Below are positions 16,989 through 24,953 of a stretch of 31,137 bases of DNA, piece after piece. This DNA comes from Deltaproteobacteria bacterium. GTDB taxonomy: Bacteria; Myxococcota_A; Polyangia; Palsa-1104; JAEUJZ01. How positions within the stretch are numbered: the first letter of the stretch is position 1; each line of letters starts with the position of its first letter. Made by a program: the position numbers and the translations under genes. The stretch covers positions 2,771-33,907 of the forward strand of contig JAGNNG010000001.1 in NCBI GenBank assembly GCA_017990795.1. The letters run 5' to 3'. The notes beneath the pieces were generated by a model, which searched no databases, had not been told where the DNA came from, and was given only the letters and a program-made list of their open reading frames with translations.

Positions 16989-18755
16989 TTACAAGATCTC
17001 AGACCAGCTGGGTGATGCAGCAAAGGCCGCATGAATCAACCCGACGTGCGAATAGGCTTGCGGGAAGTTGCCCCACAGACGCGGCTCAGCTGTTTCATAG
17101 TCTTCAGAGAGCAGCCCCAGCGGCGAAAGCGCTGCGAGGGCTCGCGCCATCACTGACTCGGCTTCGCTGCGCCGGCCCAGTCGCACCAGCGCTTCGACCA
17201 GCCAGAACATACAGATGATAAACGCGACCTTGGGTTTTCCAAAACCGTCATCAGTGCGATAGCGCAAGAGCCACGCGTCATGGCCAAGCTCACGCAGGAT
17301 TGCATCTACCGTAGCGTGCAAGCGCAGGTCCTGCGGCGGTAAAAAGCGCAGGCTCACCATCTGCAGCAGGGCCGCATCCAGCTCTGTGCTGCCTGGACAG
17401 CCGACAAAGCGATTCTGCTGTTCGTTCCAGGATCGGCTGAGAATCTCCTGATGCAACGATTGGGCAGCCTGTTGAAACTCGGTCTTGAGCGCCGGACGAT
17501 GACGCGTCGCAATCGCAGCCATGCGGTCCGCACCAGCCCAACACATGACACTGGAAAAGGTCTGCGGCTGCCAAGCGGTGCGGTACTCCCAAATGCCCGC
17601 ATCTGGCGACCCAGCCACGGCTATCGCCTTCCTCGCCAGCGCCTCGACTAGGTCGAGCGCCGCCCGTGATCGTTCGACAGCAAATCGCTCGTCAAGAAAT
17701 GCTGGCGTCAGCGCCAAAACCATCTCGCCGAAAATGTCGTTTTGAGTGTGCTCAGCTGCCGCGTTGCCTACACGCACCGGCCCGTTGCCTTCGTATCCCG
17801 GCCAGTTCGGCAGCACGCGCTCGGCCAGGTCGGTGCCACCATCGATGCGGTAAAGAGGAGAGAGTCGAAGATCGACCGCGCCGCCGGCCAGGTTGAGAAG
17901 ATAGCGAGTGAACTGCTCGCGCTCTTCAAACTGCCCCAGAAGGCGAAAGGCCTCAAGCGCGTAGTACGCATCGCGCAGCCAGCAGTAGCGGTAATCCCAC
18001 GTGCGTCCGCTGCCCGCAGACTCTGGGATCGACGTGGTCATCGCGGCGATGATGGCACCGGTGTCTTCAAAGCAGTGCAGCTTCAGCGCCAGCGCCGAGC
18101 GGATCACTTCGTTTTGATAGCGCGGAGGCACATCGCAGTGCTTGACCCAGCTCTGCCAGTAGCGCGACGTCTCGCTTAGGAATCGATCGCACAGCGGCTC
18201 TAACGGCTCCTCGATGGGCGTGCCCCAAGTCATCACCAAGTGCTGGCGCCCGGTCAGCGAGAACGGCCGACCATCCAGGTAAGACAGGGGTAGGTCCGTC
18301 GTCAAACGCACCTGCGATGCATAGCCTTCGTACCGGATGTGATGCGAGCCCAATAGGCGCGCGGGCTCTGCCTTCGACCAGCCAAGACGCGGCGCGCAGC
18401 ACACGGCAATGCGCGGAGTGCCTTCGATGGGCTCGATCAGTCGATACAGCTGCGTGGGGCGAAAGATGCGACCGTGCAGCATGAAGCGCGGCGCAAAATC
18501 GATGACGCGAAATGCCCCGTCTCGCGTGTCAAACCGCGTCTCTAGTACATTGCTGTTTTCTTGGTAGCGCTGCGTTCCCAGGCTGCCATCACTCGCTCCG
18601 ACCGTGAAGTGACCGCCGTGCGCTTCATCAAGAAGGGCGCCAAAGATCGGCTCAGAATCGAATCGCGGCAAGCAGCTCCACACCACCGCGCCTCGACGAT
18701 CGATGAGCGCAGAGAACTGACAGTTACCGATCAAGCCAAGATCTTCTAGTCGCAT
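16989..18755 (-). CDS. Glycoside hydrolase family 15 (trehalase/glucoamylase-like)
   Basis: IGNCQFSALI, WSCLPRFDS, WDYRYCWLRDA, DAGIWEYR, LLSED...GNFPQAYSHVGLI; GAGGA RBS. Confidence 0.93.
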   Translation of the reverse strand: MRLEDLGLIGNCQFSALIDRRGAVVWSCLPRFDSEPIFGALLDEAHGGHFTVGASDGSLGTQRYQENSNVLETRFDTRDGAFRVIDFAPRFMLHGRIFRPTQLYRLIEPIEGTPRIAVCCAPRLGWSKAEPARLLGSHHIRYEGYASQVRLTTDLPLSYLDGRPFSLTGRQHLVMTWGTPIEEPLEPLCDRFLSETSRYWQSWVKHCDVPPRYQNEVIRSALALKLHCFEDTGAIIAAMTTSIPESAGSGRTWDYRYCWLRDAYYALEAFRLLGQFEEREQFTRYLLNLAGGAVDLRLSPLYRIDGGTDLAERVLPNWPGYEGNGPVRVGNAAAEHTQNDIFGEMVLALTPAFLDERFAVERSRAALDLVEALARKAIAVAGSPDAGIWEYRTAWQPQTFSSVMCWAGADRMAAIATRHRPALKTEFQQAAQSLHQEILSRSWNEQQNRFVGCPGSTELDAALLQMVSLRFLPPQDLRLHATVDAILRELGHDAWLLRYRTDDGFGKPKVAFIICMFWLVEALVRLGRRSEAESVMARALAALSPLGLLSEDYETAEPRLWGNFPQAYSHVGLIHAAFAASPSWSEIL

Positions 18756-18787
18756 AGCGTCCTCGATTTCTGCGTTCGATCTGCAGG

Positions 18788-18803
18788 TGGCGTCCTTCTT
18801 GCT
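18788..18803 (+). promoter_or_regulatory. Sigma54 promoter for otsA-otsB
   Basis: TGGCGTCCTTCTTGCT, GG-N10-GC, about 70 nt before ATG 18873. Confidence 0.7.
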
Positions 18804-18872
18804 TCGTTCGCCATGGCTGCAGTGCTGCAGACTGCGGTGAAGTGACCACGCGAACTATGCAAGGAGGATTCC

Positions 18873-21068
18873 ATGCCGCGATCCCTGCGCTTTGTGATCG
18901 TGCTCCTGCTGGGGTTGTCGGCCTTGTCGACAGCCGCCGTGCTAAGCGTCCACAGTCAGTTACGAGCCTGGTTTGCGCAGGATCTGAGTCTACGCGCTCG
19001 TCTCGCGATGAGCGGTGCCAAGCGGCCCCTGGTCGATCACTGGAACCAGCCGACCGTTCTAACTGAGCTACTGACTGAGCTGGCCCACGATGAGCGACTG
19101 CTGGCCGCCGCCGCCTGCTCTCCCACCGGCCAGCCGTTTGCGCGCTCCGACAGCTTTCCGGCGAGCCTGGGCTGCGATGCGACAGAGACCCGCTTGGCGC
19201 GCGTCGGGCAGAGCGAGCTGCACATCAGCAACTTTCCAATCTTTAGCGGCTCGACCGCACTGGGGACGGTGACCCTGGTTCACGACTTGCGCTATGTCGA
19301 AGACCGTATCCTCAGTGCACGGCACTTCCTGCTGCTGGCGTTCGGCGTGCTGTCGCTGATAGCAGCCCTCTTTACGATCTTGGTAGGCCGCATAGTCTGG
19401 CGCGAATGGAGCGAAGAGCTGCGTCAGGCGCTGCACGGCGTCCGAGCAAGGAAAGAGTTCCAACCGCTGATGCGCGAAGTGCGAGATTTGGTTGAGCGCA
19501 TCAACACAGAGCGCCAGAGCGATGCGCAGGAAGGCGAGTGGACGCCGGAGCGGCTGCGCACCATTCTGACGCGTCACCTTCACGGCGAAAAGATCGTCAT
19601 CCTCGCCAACCGCGAGCCCTACATTCACCAGAAGAACGCCGCGGGAGAGCTCTCAGTCCTGCATCCCGCCAGCGGTCTGGTAACGGCGCTGGAACCTGTG
19701 ATGCGCGCCTGCTCCGGCGTCTGGGTTGGACATGGCAGCGGCAATGCCGATCGCGATACCGTCGATGCGCACGACCGTGTGTCTGTGCCCCCAGGGGAAG
19801 ACTCCTACATCATTCGTCGCGTATGGCTGACACCCGAGGAAGAGCAGGGTTACTACTACCACTTTGCAAACGAAGGACTGTGGCCGCTGTGTCACATCGC
19901 GCATACACGCCCGCGCTTCGGTGCTGAGGACTTTGAGCACTACCGCCGCGTCAACCAGAAGTTCGCGGACGCGGTGTGTAGTGAGGTCGATCGCGACGAC
20001 CCCATCATCTTGGTGCAGGACTATCACTTCGCGCTGGCACCGCGCATGATCCGCAACCGCCTGCCGCGCGCCACCATCCTGACCTTTTGGCATATCCCGT
20101 GGCCCAACGCGGAGCGCTTCGGCATCTGTCCGTTTTACGCCGAGCTGCTAGACGGGCTTTTAGGAAGCAGCATCGTTGGATTTCACACGCAGCTACACTG
20201 CAACAACTTCATCGACAGCGTGGACCGCTTCTTGGAATCTCGTATCGATCGTCCCGCGCAGGCCATTGTGCAGGGGGGAATGCGAACGCTGGTGCGCCCC
20301 TATCCGATCTCGATCGAGTGGCCCGTGCACTGGCTCAAAGACATTGATTCTGTGGCTATCTGTCGTCGGTCGGTGATGCAAGAGCACGGCCTGCGGCCCG
20401 ATGCACTCATCGGTGTAGGCGTTGATCGCATCGACTACACCAAAGGCATCGAGGAGCGCCTGCTTGCGGTCGAGCGCCTGCTGGAAATCGCTCCTGAGCT
20501 GCTCGGTCGCTTTGTGTTCATCCAGATTGGCGCGCCCAGCCGTACTGCCATTGAGCGCTACCAGCAGCTTAACGACAGCGTGGTGGACCTAGTGGCGCGC
20601 ATCAACCATCGCTTTGGCACAGAAGACGGCTACCGTCCGATCGTGTTGGTTCGTTCCCACCAGGAGCCACCGACGATCTTTCGCTATCTGCGCGCGGCTG
20701 ATCTTTGCTACGTCAGCAGTCTTCACGATGGCATGAACTTGGTGGCAAAGGAGTTTGTCGCAGCCCGCGATGACGAGCGCGGCGTGCTCGTGCTTAGCCA
20801 CTTTACTGGGGCAGCCAGCGAGCTCACGGAGGCCCTAATCGTCAATCCCTATGACCTAGAAGAGTCGAGCGCTGCGCTGCAGGCGGCTCTGCGCATGACG
20901 GCTGCCGAGCAGCAAGCGCGCATGCGTGCCATGCGAACGCTGGTGGCAGAGTTTAACGTCTACCGCTGGGCTGGCCGCATGCTGGCAGATGCCGCAACCG
21001 TCCGGCGGCAAGCGCGATTTCAGGGCATGCTCGTCCCATCTCCTCGGCTGCGCCGAGACAGACAATGA
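18873..21068 (+). CDS. otsA: Trehalose-6-phosphate synthase (GT20) with an N-terminal 2-TM/periplasmic extension
   Basis: [49 protein letters not shown]; the first ~180 aa contain two hydrophobic helices flanking a ~120-aa loop; AAGGAGG RBS. Confidence 0.93.
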   Translation: MPRSLRFVIVLLLGLSALSTAAVLSVHSQLRAWFAQDLSLRARLAMSGAKRPLVDHWNQPTVLTELLTELAHDERLLAAAACSPTGQPFARSDSFPASLGCDATETRLARVGQSELHISNFPIFSGSTALGTVTLVHDLRYVEDRILSARHFLLLAFGVLSLIAALFTILVGRIVWREWSEELRQALHGVRARKEFQPLMREVRDLVERINTERQSDAQEGEWTPERLRTILTRHLHGEKIVILANREPYIHQKNAAGELSVLHPASGLVTALEPVMRACSGVWVGHGSGNADRDTVDAHDRVSVPPGEDSYIIRRVWLTPEEEQGYYYHFANEGLWPLCHIAHTRPRFGAEDFEHYRRVNQKFADAVCSEVDRDDPIILVQDYHFALAPRMIRNRLPRATILTFWHIPWPNAERFGICPFYAELLDGLLGSSIVGFHTQLHCNNFIDSVDRFLESRIDRPAQAIVQGGMRTLVRPYPISIEWPVHWLKDIDSVAICRRSVMQEHGLRPDALIGVGVDRIDYTKGIEERLLAVERLLEIAPELLGRFVFIQIGAPSRTAIERYQQLNDSVVDLVARINHRFGTEDGYRPIVLVRSHQEPPTIFRYLRAADLCYVSSLHDGMNLVAKEFVAARDDERGVLVLSHFTGAASELTEALIVNPYDLEESSAALQAALRMTAAEQQARMRAMRTLVAEFNVYRWAGRMLADAATVRRQARFQGMLVPSPRLRRDRQ

Positions 21069-21799
21069 AGCGCCTGCTCACGATGGCGGGCCGCTTGGCG
21101 CTGCACAACCACGTGCGTCTAGGCGCACTGCTCGCTTTTGATTTTGATGGAACGCTGGCGCCCATCTGCGCAGACCCGAACACGGTGCAACTGCCCCTGA
21201 CCACCCATGCCCTGCTGCGCAGTGTTGCGTCTCGGTTCCCATGTGTTGTGATCTCGGGTCGCGCGCGCAAAGACGTTCGTGGGCGCGTGGCTGACATCCC
21301 GCTGCTCGAGGTGTTTGGCAACCATGGCGTCGAGCCGTGGTATGCGTCCCAGAGCCACATCGACTGCGTTTCGCGCTGGCGAGAGATCTTGGCGCGCAAC
21401 CTGGCCGCGATATCCGGCGTACACATTGAAGACAAAGTGTACTCGCTTAGCGTCCACTACCGTCACGCTGCAGAGCAACATCGCACGCATCGCGCTATCC
21501 TGGAAGCGCTAGCGACCCTACAAGGGGCGCGTGTCGTGCCGGGCAAGAAGGTATGCAACGTGATGCCCGCGCATGCGGTGCATAAAGGCACTGCGCTTAT
21601 CGCGGCGATGGGTCGCTTTGAGTGTGAGCGCGCGCTCTTTGTCGGAGACGATCACACCGATGAGGATGTATTCGCCTCCTGCAACCCGCGCCAGGTGTTT
21701 GGAGTACGGGTTGGTTTCAGCCGATCATCGCAGGCCGGATACTACCTAAGTCGTCAGGGCGAAATTGATGCTCTGCTGGCAGCGGTGCTGCGTTCCTAA
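21065..21799 (+). CDS. otsB: Trehalose-6-phosphate phosphatase (HAD IIB)
   Basis: FDFDGTLAPI, ISGR, GNHG.E, HKGTAL, FVGDDHTDEDVF; ATGA overlap with otsA. Confidence 0.93.
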   Translation: MKRLLTMAGRLALHNHVRLGALLAFDFDGTLAPICADPNTVQLPLTTHALLRSVASRFPCVVISGRARKDVRGRVADIPLLEVFGNHGVEPWYASQSHIDCVSRWREILARNLAAISGVHIEDKVYSLSVHYRHAAEQHRTHRAILEALATLQGARVVPGKKVCNVMPAHAVHKGTALIAAMGRFECERALFVGDDHTDEDVFASCNPRQVFGVRVGFSRSSQAGYYLSRQGEIDALLAAVLRS

Positions 21800-21805
21800 C
21801 CGCTG

Positions 21806-21820
21806 CCGCCAGCTTGGCGG
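21806..21820. terminator. Short GC hairpin after otsB
   Basis: CCGCCA-gct-TGGCGG; no U-tract. Confidence 0.3.
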
Positions 21821-21851
21821 AGCAATTCTGCCCATGTGTGGCAAAAATGCA
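21821..21851. repeat. Palindrome copy B
   Basis: Minus strand TGCATTTTTGCCACACATGGGCAGAATTGCT; 26/31 identical to copy A and 19/31 to copy C (3769-3799), with the same TTTTG-N11-CAAAA geometry. Confidence 0.75.
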
Positions 21852-21870
21852 GTTTCCGAGGCTGGCCGCA

Positions 21871-23298
21871 CTAATGAGCATCCCCGTAGCGCTCTAGCTT
21901 TCGATACAGCGTGCGGCGGTCGACGGCCAGTACCTGCGCCACCAGTGCCTTGTTGCCGCCGAGCACTTCCAGAACGTGCAGGATGTAGCGGCGCTCGATC
22001 TCATCGAGCGAGACCAGCTCCGATGGATCAGGATGGGTTAGCACCAGCTGCTGCGGGCGCCCATCTCGGATTTTTTCGGGTAGATCATCGACACAGATCT
22101 GGTCGTAAGAGGTCAGCGCTACTGCGCGCTCGATGCAGTTTTGAAGCTCGCGCACATTTCCCGGCCACGAGTAGGCCAGCAGCCGCTCGGCTGCCTTCGG
22201 CGAGATACCTTGGACCTGCTTGCCCAGCCGAGCCGTGCAGCTCTCCAGGACATGCTGCGCCAGCAGCAAGATGTCGCCGCTCCGGCTGCGCAGCGGTGGC
22301 AGGTTTATCTGCACGACGTTGATGCGGAAGTACAGATCATCGCGAAAGCGCCGTTCTTCAATGGCCGCTTCCAGATCACGATTGGTGGCCGACAGGATGC
22401 GCACATCAATTGGCACTTCACTGTCACCACCGACGGGACGCACGCGTCGCTCTTGCAGCGCGCGCAGCAGCTTGGGCTGCAGACCGATGGGCAGGTCCCC
22501 GATTTCGTCCAGAAAGAGCGTCCCGCCATCGGCCTGCTGAAAGAGCCCTTTGCGAGCGGCCCGCGCGTCGGTAAAGGCTCCTTTGGTGTGCCCGAATAGC
22601 TCGCTCTCCAGCAGCGGCTCGGGCAGCGCTGAGCAGTTGATGGCAACGAACGGACGATCTCGCCGCGCGCTCTTCTGATGAATCGCTCGCGCCACCAGCT
22701 CTTTTCCGGTGCCGCTCTCGCCTGTGATCAAGACCGACACGTCGGTTTCTGCGACACGACCAACCAAGTCGAACACCCGTCGAATCGCTGGGCTGGTGCC
22801 GACTAGATCCTCGAAGCGCTGCGCCGACGCTACGGCCTGACGCAGGAGCTTCACTTCTTTGCGCAGCGCGCGGTGCTGCACGGCTCGCTGTAGCGCCAGC
22901 GCTAGGGTGTCGACCTCGAACGGCTTCGTCAGAAAGTCATAAGCACCGGCGCGGATGGCCTCGATTGCAGTCTCAAGGCTGCCGAATGCTGTGATGACAA
23001 TGACCGGCACGTCGGGGCGGTTGGCGACGATGCGGCTGCACAGCTCTGTACCCTTTAGTCCCGGCATGTTCAGGTCAACGACCATGGCCGAGATGTTCTC
23101 CTCCGGCAGCAGCTGCAAGGCCGCCAGTGGCTGGGTGCGCCAGATGACATCGAAGCCGCGCTTGCGCAGCCCGATCTCCAGCACCTCACACATGCCGCGG
23201 TCGTCATCAACGACCAGCACGCGCGGCTTTACACCTTCGCGCCCATCTCGGGTCGATGTGCCGTCGGCAGGACTACCGTGAATCGCGATCCTTTCCAT
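21871..23298 (-). CDS. Sigma54-dependent response regulator RR2, paralog of RR1; start uncertain (ATG 23298 or GTG 23220)
   Basis: VLVVDDD, VDLNMPG, GESGTGKE, GAFTDA, FLDEIG, WPGNVRELQN, DRRTLYRKLERYG. The codon aligned to RR1 Met1 is GTA (23232-23230). Confidence 0.92.
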   Translation of the reverse strand: MERIAIHGSPADGTSTRDGREGVKPRVLVVDDDRGMCEVLEIGLRKRGFDVIWRTQPLAALQLLPEENISAMVVDLNMPGLKGTELCSRIVANRPDVPVIVITAFGSLETAIEAIRAGAYDFLTKPFEVDTLALALQRAVQHRALRKEVKLLRQAVASAQRFEDLVGTSPAIRRVFDLVGRVAETDVSVLITGESGTGKELVARAIHQKSARRDRPFVAINCSALPEPLLESELFGHTKGAFTDARAARKGLFQQADGGTLFLDEIGDLPIGLQPKLLRALQERRVRPVGGDSEVPIDVRILSATNRDLEAAIEERRFRDDLYFRINVVQINLPPLRSRSGDILLLAQHVLESCTARLGKQVQGISPKAAERLLAYSWPGNVRELQNCIERAVALTSYDQICVDDLPEKIRDGRPQQLVLTHPDPSELVSLDEIERRYILHVLEVLGGNKALVAQVLAVDRRTLYRKLERYGDAH

Positions 23299-24347
23299 GG
23301 TTCGCTCTCTACCTCGATCCAGCCGCCGTGGTCGCGGATAATTTCCTGCGTGATAGACAGGCCGAGCCCCGTGCCCTCGCCTGCGCTCTGCGTCGTAAAG
23401 AAGGGCTCAAAGATGTGCGCAAGGTCTTTAGGAGCAATTCCTGTTCCATTATCTTCGATGGTGATCGCGACTTGGTCGGTTTCTTCGCCGCCGATATCGA
23501 CGGGTGGACGCTTGCGCACCGGTTGCACCCGAATCGTGACCAGACCCTGCCCTGAAATGGCCTGGATCGCGTTCATCACCAAGTTACCAATCGCCTGCTC
23601 AACCTGATTGGGGTCGACCGGTGCCATCGCTGGCAAGCCATCCACTGCCAGTGTCAGCTCAACTTGTCGCTTCATCGCCAGGGGCCGCAGCAAGTCCAGC
23701 GTGCGCCGGGTTAGGTCCACAAGACTCACCACGTCTCGCTGCGGTCCGCGGCGCCGCGCAAAGTCCAGAAGCTGGCGAATGGTTGTCGCAACGCGGTCGC
23801 TCTGCTCGATGATTGCGCTGGCATGTCGGCGGGCCTCTTCCAGCGTCGCATCGGGCTCGGTGATGAAGCGCGCGCGAGCCGTGATGACATGCAGCGGTGT
23901 CCCGATTTCATGCGCGATGCCGGATGCGACCTGTCCAACCATAGCCAGCCGATCGCGATGACGTAGCTGTTCAACCGTGGCCATATGAGCCGACGTCTCT
24001 CGCCTCAGCAGCGCACGCAGCTGGCCGCGGTCTCGCTGCACGCGCGCAGTCAGCTGGCCGACAGCGACCAGGAAGATTAGCCGCACGGTGGTGTTCCATA
24101 GGTGAGTGATGGTCAGCGCTTCTGCCTGCTGCGCCAAGTCGCCCAGATAGATGCCGAAACCCGCAGCCACCGAGGTCAGCAGCGCAGCCCATCCGCCAAG
24201 CACCCAGCCCGCGAAGGTGATTGGGATGGCGTAAAACAGCGCCATCGAAATCCGCGGCCCGGTCAGCCAATCGAATAAACCTAGCGCGACGACGGAACCC
24301 AGCAGCGCGGCGAGCGTCAGTCCCTTGCGAATGTGCGATGCCACCAC
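23229..24347 (-). CDS. Membrane sensor histidine kinase HK2, paralog of HK1
   Basis: LGLFDWLTGP...FYAIP TM block, QLRHRDRLAMVGQVASGIAHEIGTPL, NLVMNAIQA, DNGTGI, FEPFFTT, GTGLGL. Confidence 0.95.
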   Translation of the reverse strand: MVASHIRKGLTLAALLGSVVALGLFDWLTGPRISMALFYAIPITFAGWVLGGWAALLTSVAAGFGIYLGDLAQQAEALTITHLWNTTVRLIFLVAVGQLTARVQRDRGQLRALLRRETSAHMATVEQLRHRDRLAMVGQVASGIAHEIGTPLHVITARARFITEPDATLEEARRHASAIIEQSDRVATTIRQLLDFARRRGPQRDVVSLVDLTRRTLDLLRPLAMKRQVELTLAVDGLPAMAPVDPNQVEQAIGNLVMNAIQAISGQGLVTIRVQPVRKRPPVDIGGEETDQVAITIEDNGTGIAPKDLAHIFEPFFTTQSAGEGTGLGLSITQEIIRDHGGWIEVESEPWKGSRFTVVLPTAHRPEMGAKV

Positions 24348-24406
24348 CTCTCACAGATAGCACATTGGTCCACACGTGGCACGAACCCCGTTGCTGCTGC
24401 GCTCGA

Positions 24407-24422
24407 TGGCATGGTCGGTGCA
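24407..24422 (+). promoter_or_regulatory. Sigma54 promoter for the orfA-orfB-permease operon
   Basis: TGGCATGGTCGGTGCA, GG-N10-GC, just upstream of the GAGGAGG RBS (24436-24442). Confidence 0.6.
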
Positions 24423-24449
24423 ATCGAACCGACACGAGGAGGGCACTCG

Positions 24450-24953
24450 ATGCACAATCCGCCCCCGTCCCCACCGCCGCGTCGTGTCCCCACATCGGCC
24501 ATCACTGCGTTTATTCAGCGCGATGCGATTAACGAACTGCTGCGCCCTTGGCTTCCAGCAGATGATGAGCGGGCCCTGGTCGTGCGCTGTCTGGTGGACA
24601 CAGGCCCGGCGCACCACTGTGGCGCAAACTATGTCCTACTGCGCCTGCTGGGCCTGGTCCTGGAGCGCGTAGGCGGACCTCCCGCCAGCGGTGCTGCAGA
24701 CGATTCATCGGTAGCGATTCCGCTGCGCCTACCGCCGCCATTTGCTGAGGCGCGACAAGAAGTTCACTTTCCGCTGACGCTACCAACGCGCGCTGTGGCG
24801 CAGCTTGCACCGCGCAATAGCCGTCACTTCGCCGCGATGGTGGACTGTCTGACCGACGGCCCGCCGCAGCATGCACTAGCCAACGCCGCTATTCTTCGTC
24901 TGATCGAATCGGTCTTGATGCAGCTTGGCCTCAACCTTCAGGAGACACCGTGA
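24450..24953 (+). CDS. orfA: hypothetical helical protein (167 aa) with an internally duplicated C-L-x-D-(x)-G-P-x-x-H-x-x-A-N motif
   Basis: Strong GAGGAGG RBS before ATG 24450 (the track start 24333 overlaps HK2 and the promoter); GTGA coupling to the next gene. Confidence 0.85.
   Translation: MHNPPPSPPPRRVPTSAITAFIQRDAINELLRPWLPADDERALVVRCLVDTGPAHHCGANYVLLRLLGLVLERVGGPPASGAADDSSVAIPLRLPPPFAEARQEVHFPLTLPTRAVAQLAPRNSRHFAAMVDCLTDGPPQHALANAAILRLIESVLMQLGLNLQETP

Noticed and set aside
18781-18850. Three CTGCAG hexamers and a weak minus-strand TGGTCACTTCACCGCA box in the GH15/otsA gap
   Set aside because: Short GC-rich words expected by chance; both boxes of the putative promoter are off-consensus.
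24377-24394. TGGCACGAACCCCGTTGC, sigma54-like boxes
   Set aside because: 13 nt between GG and GC instead of the required 10.
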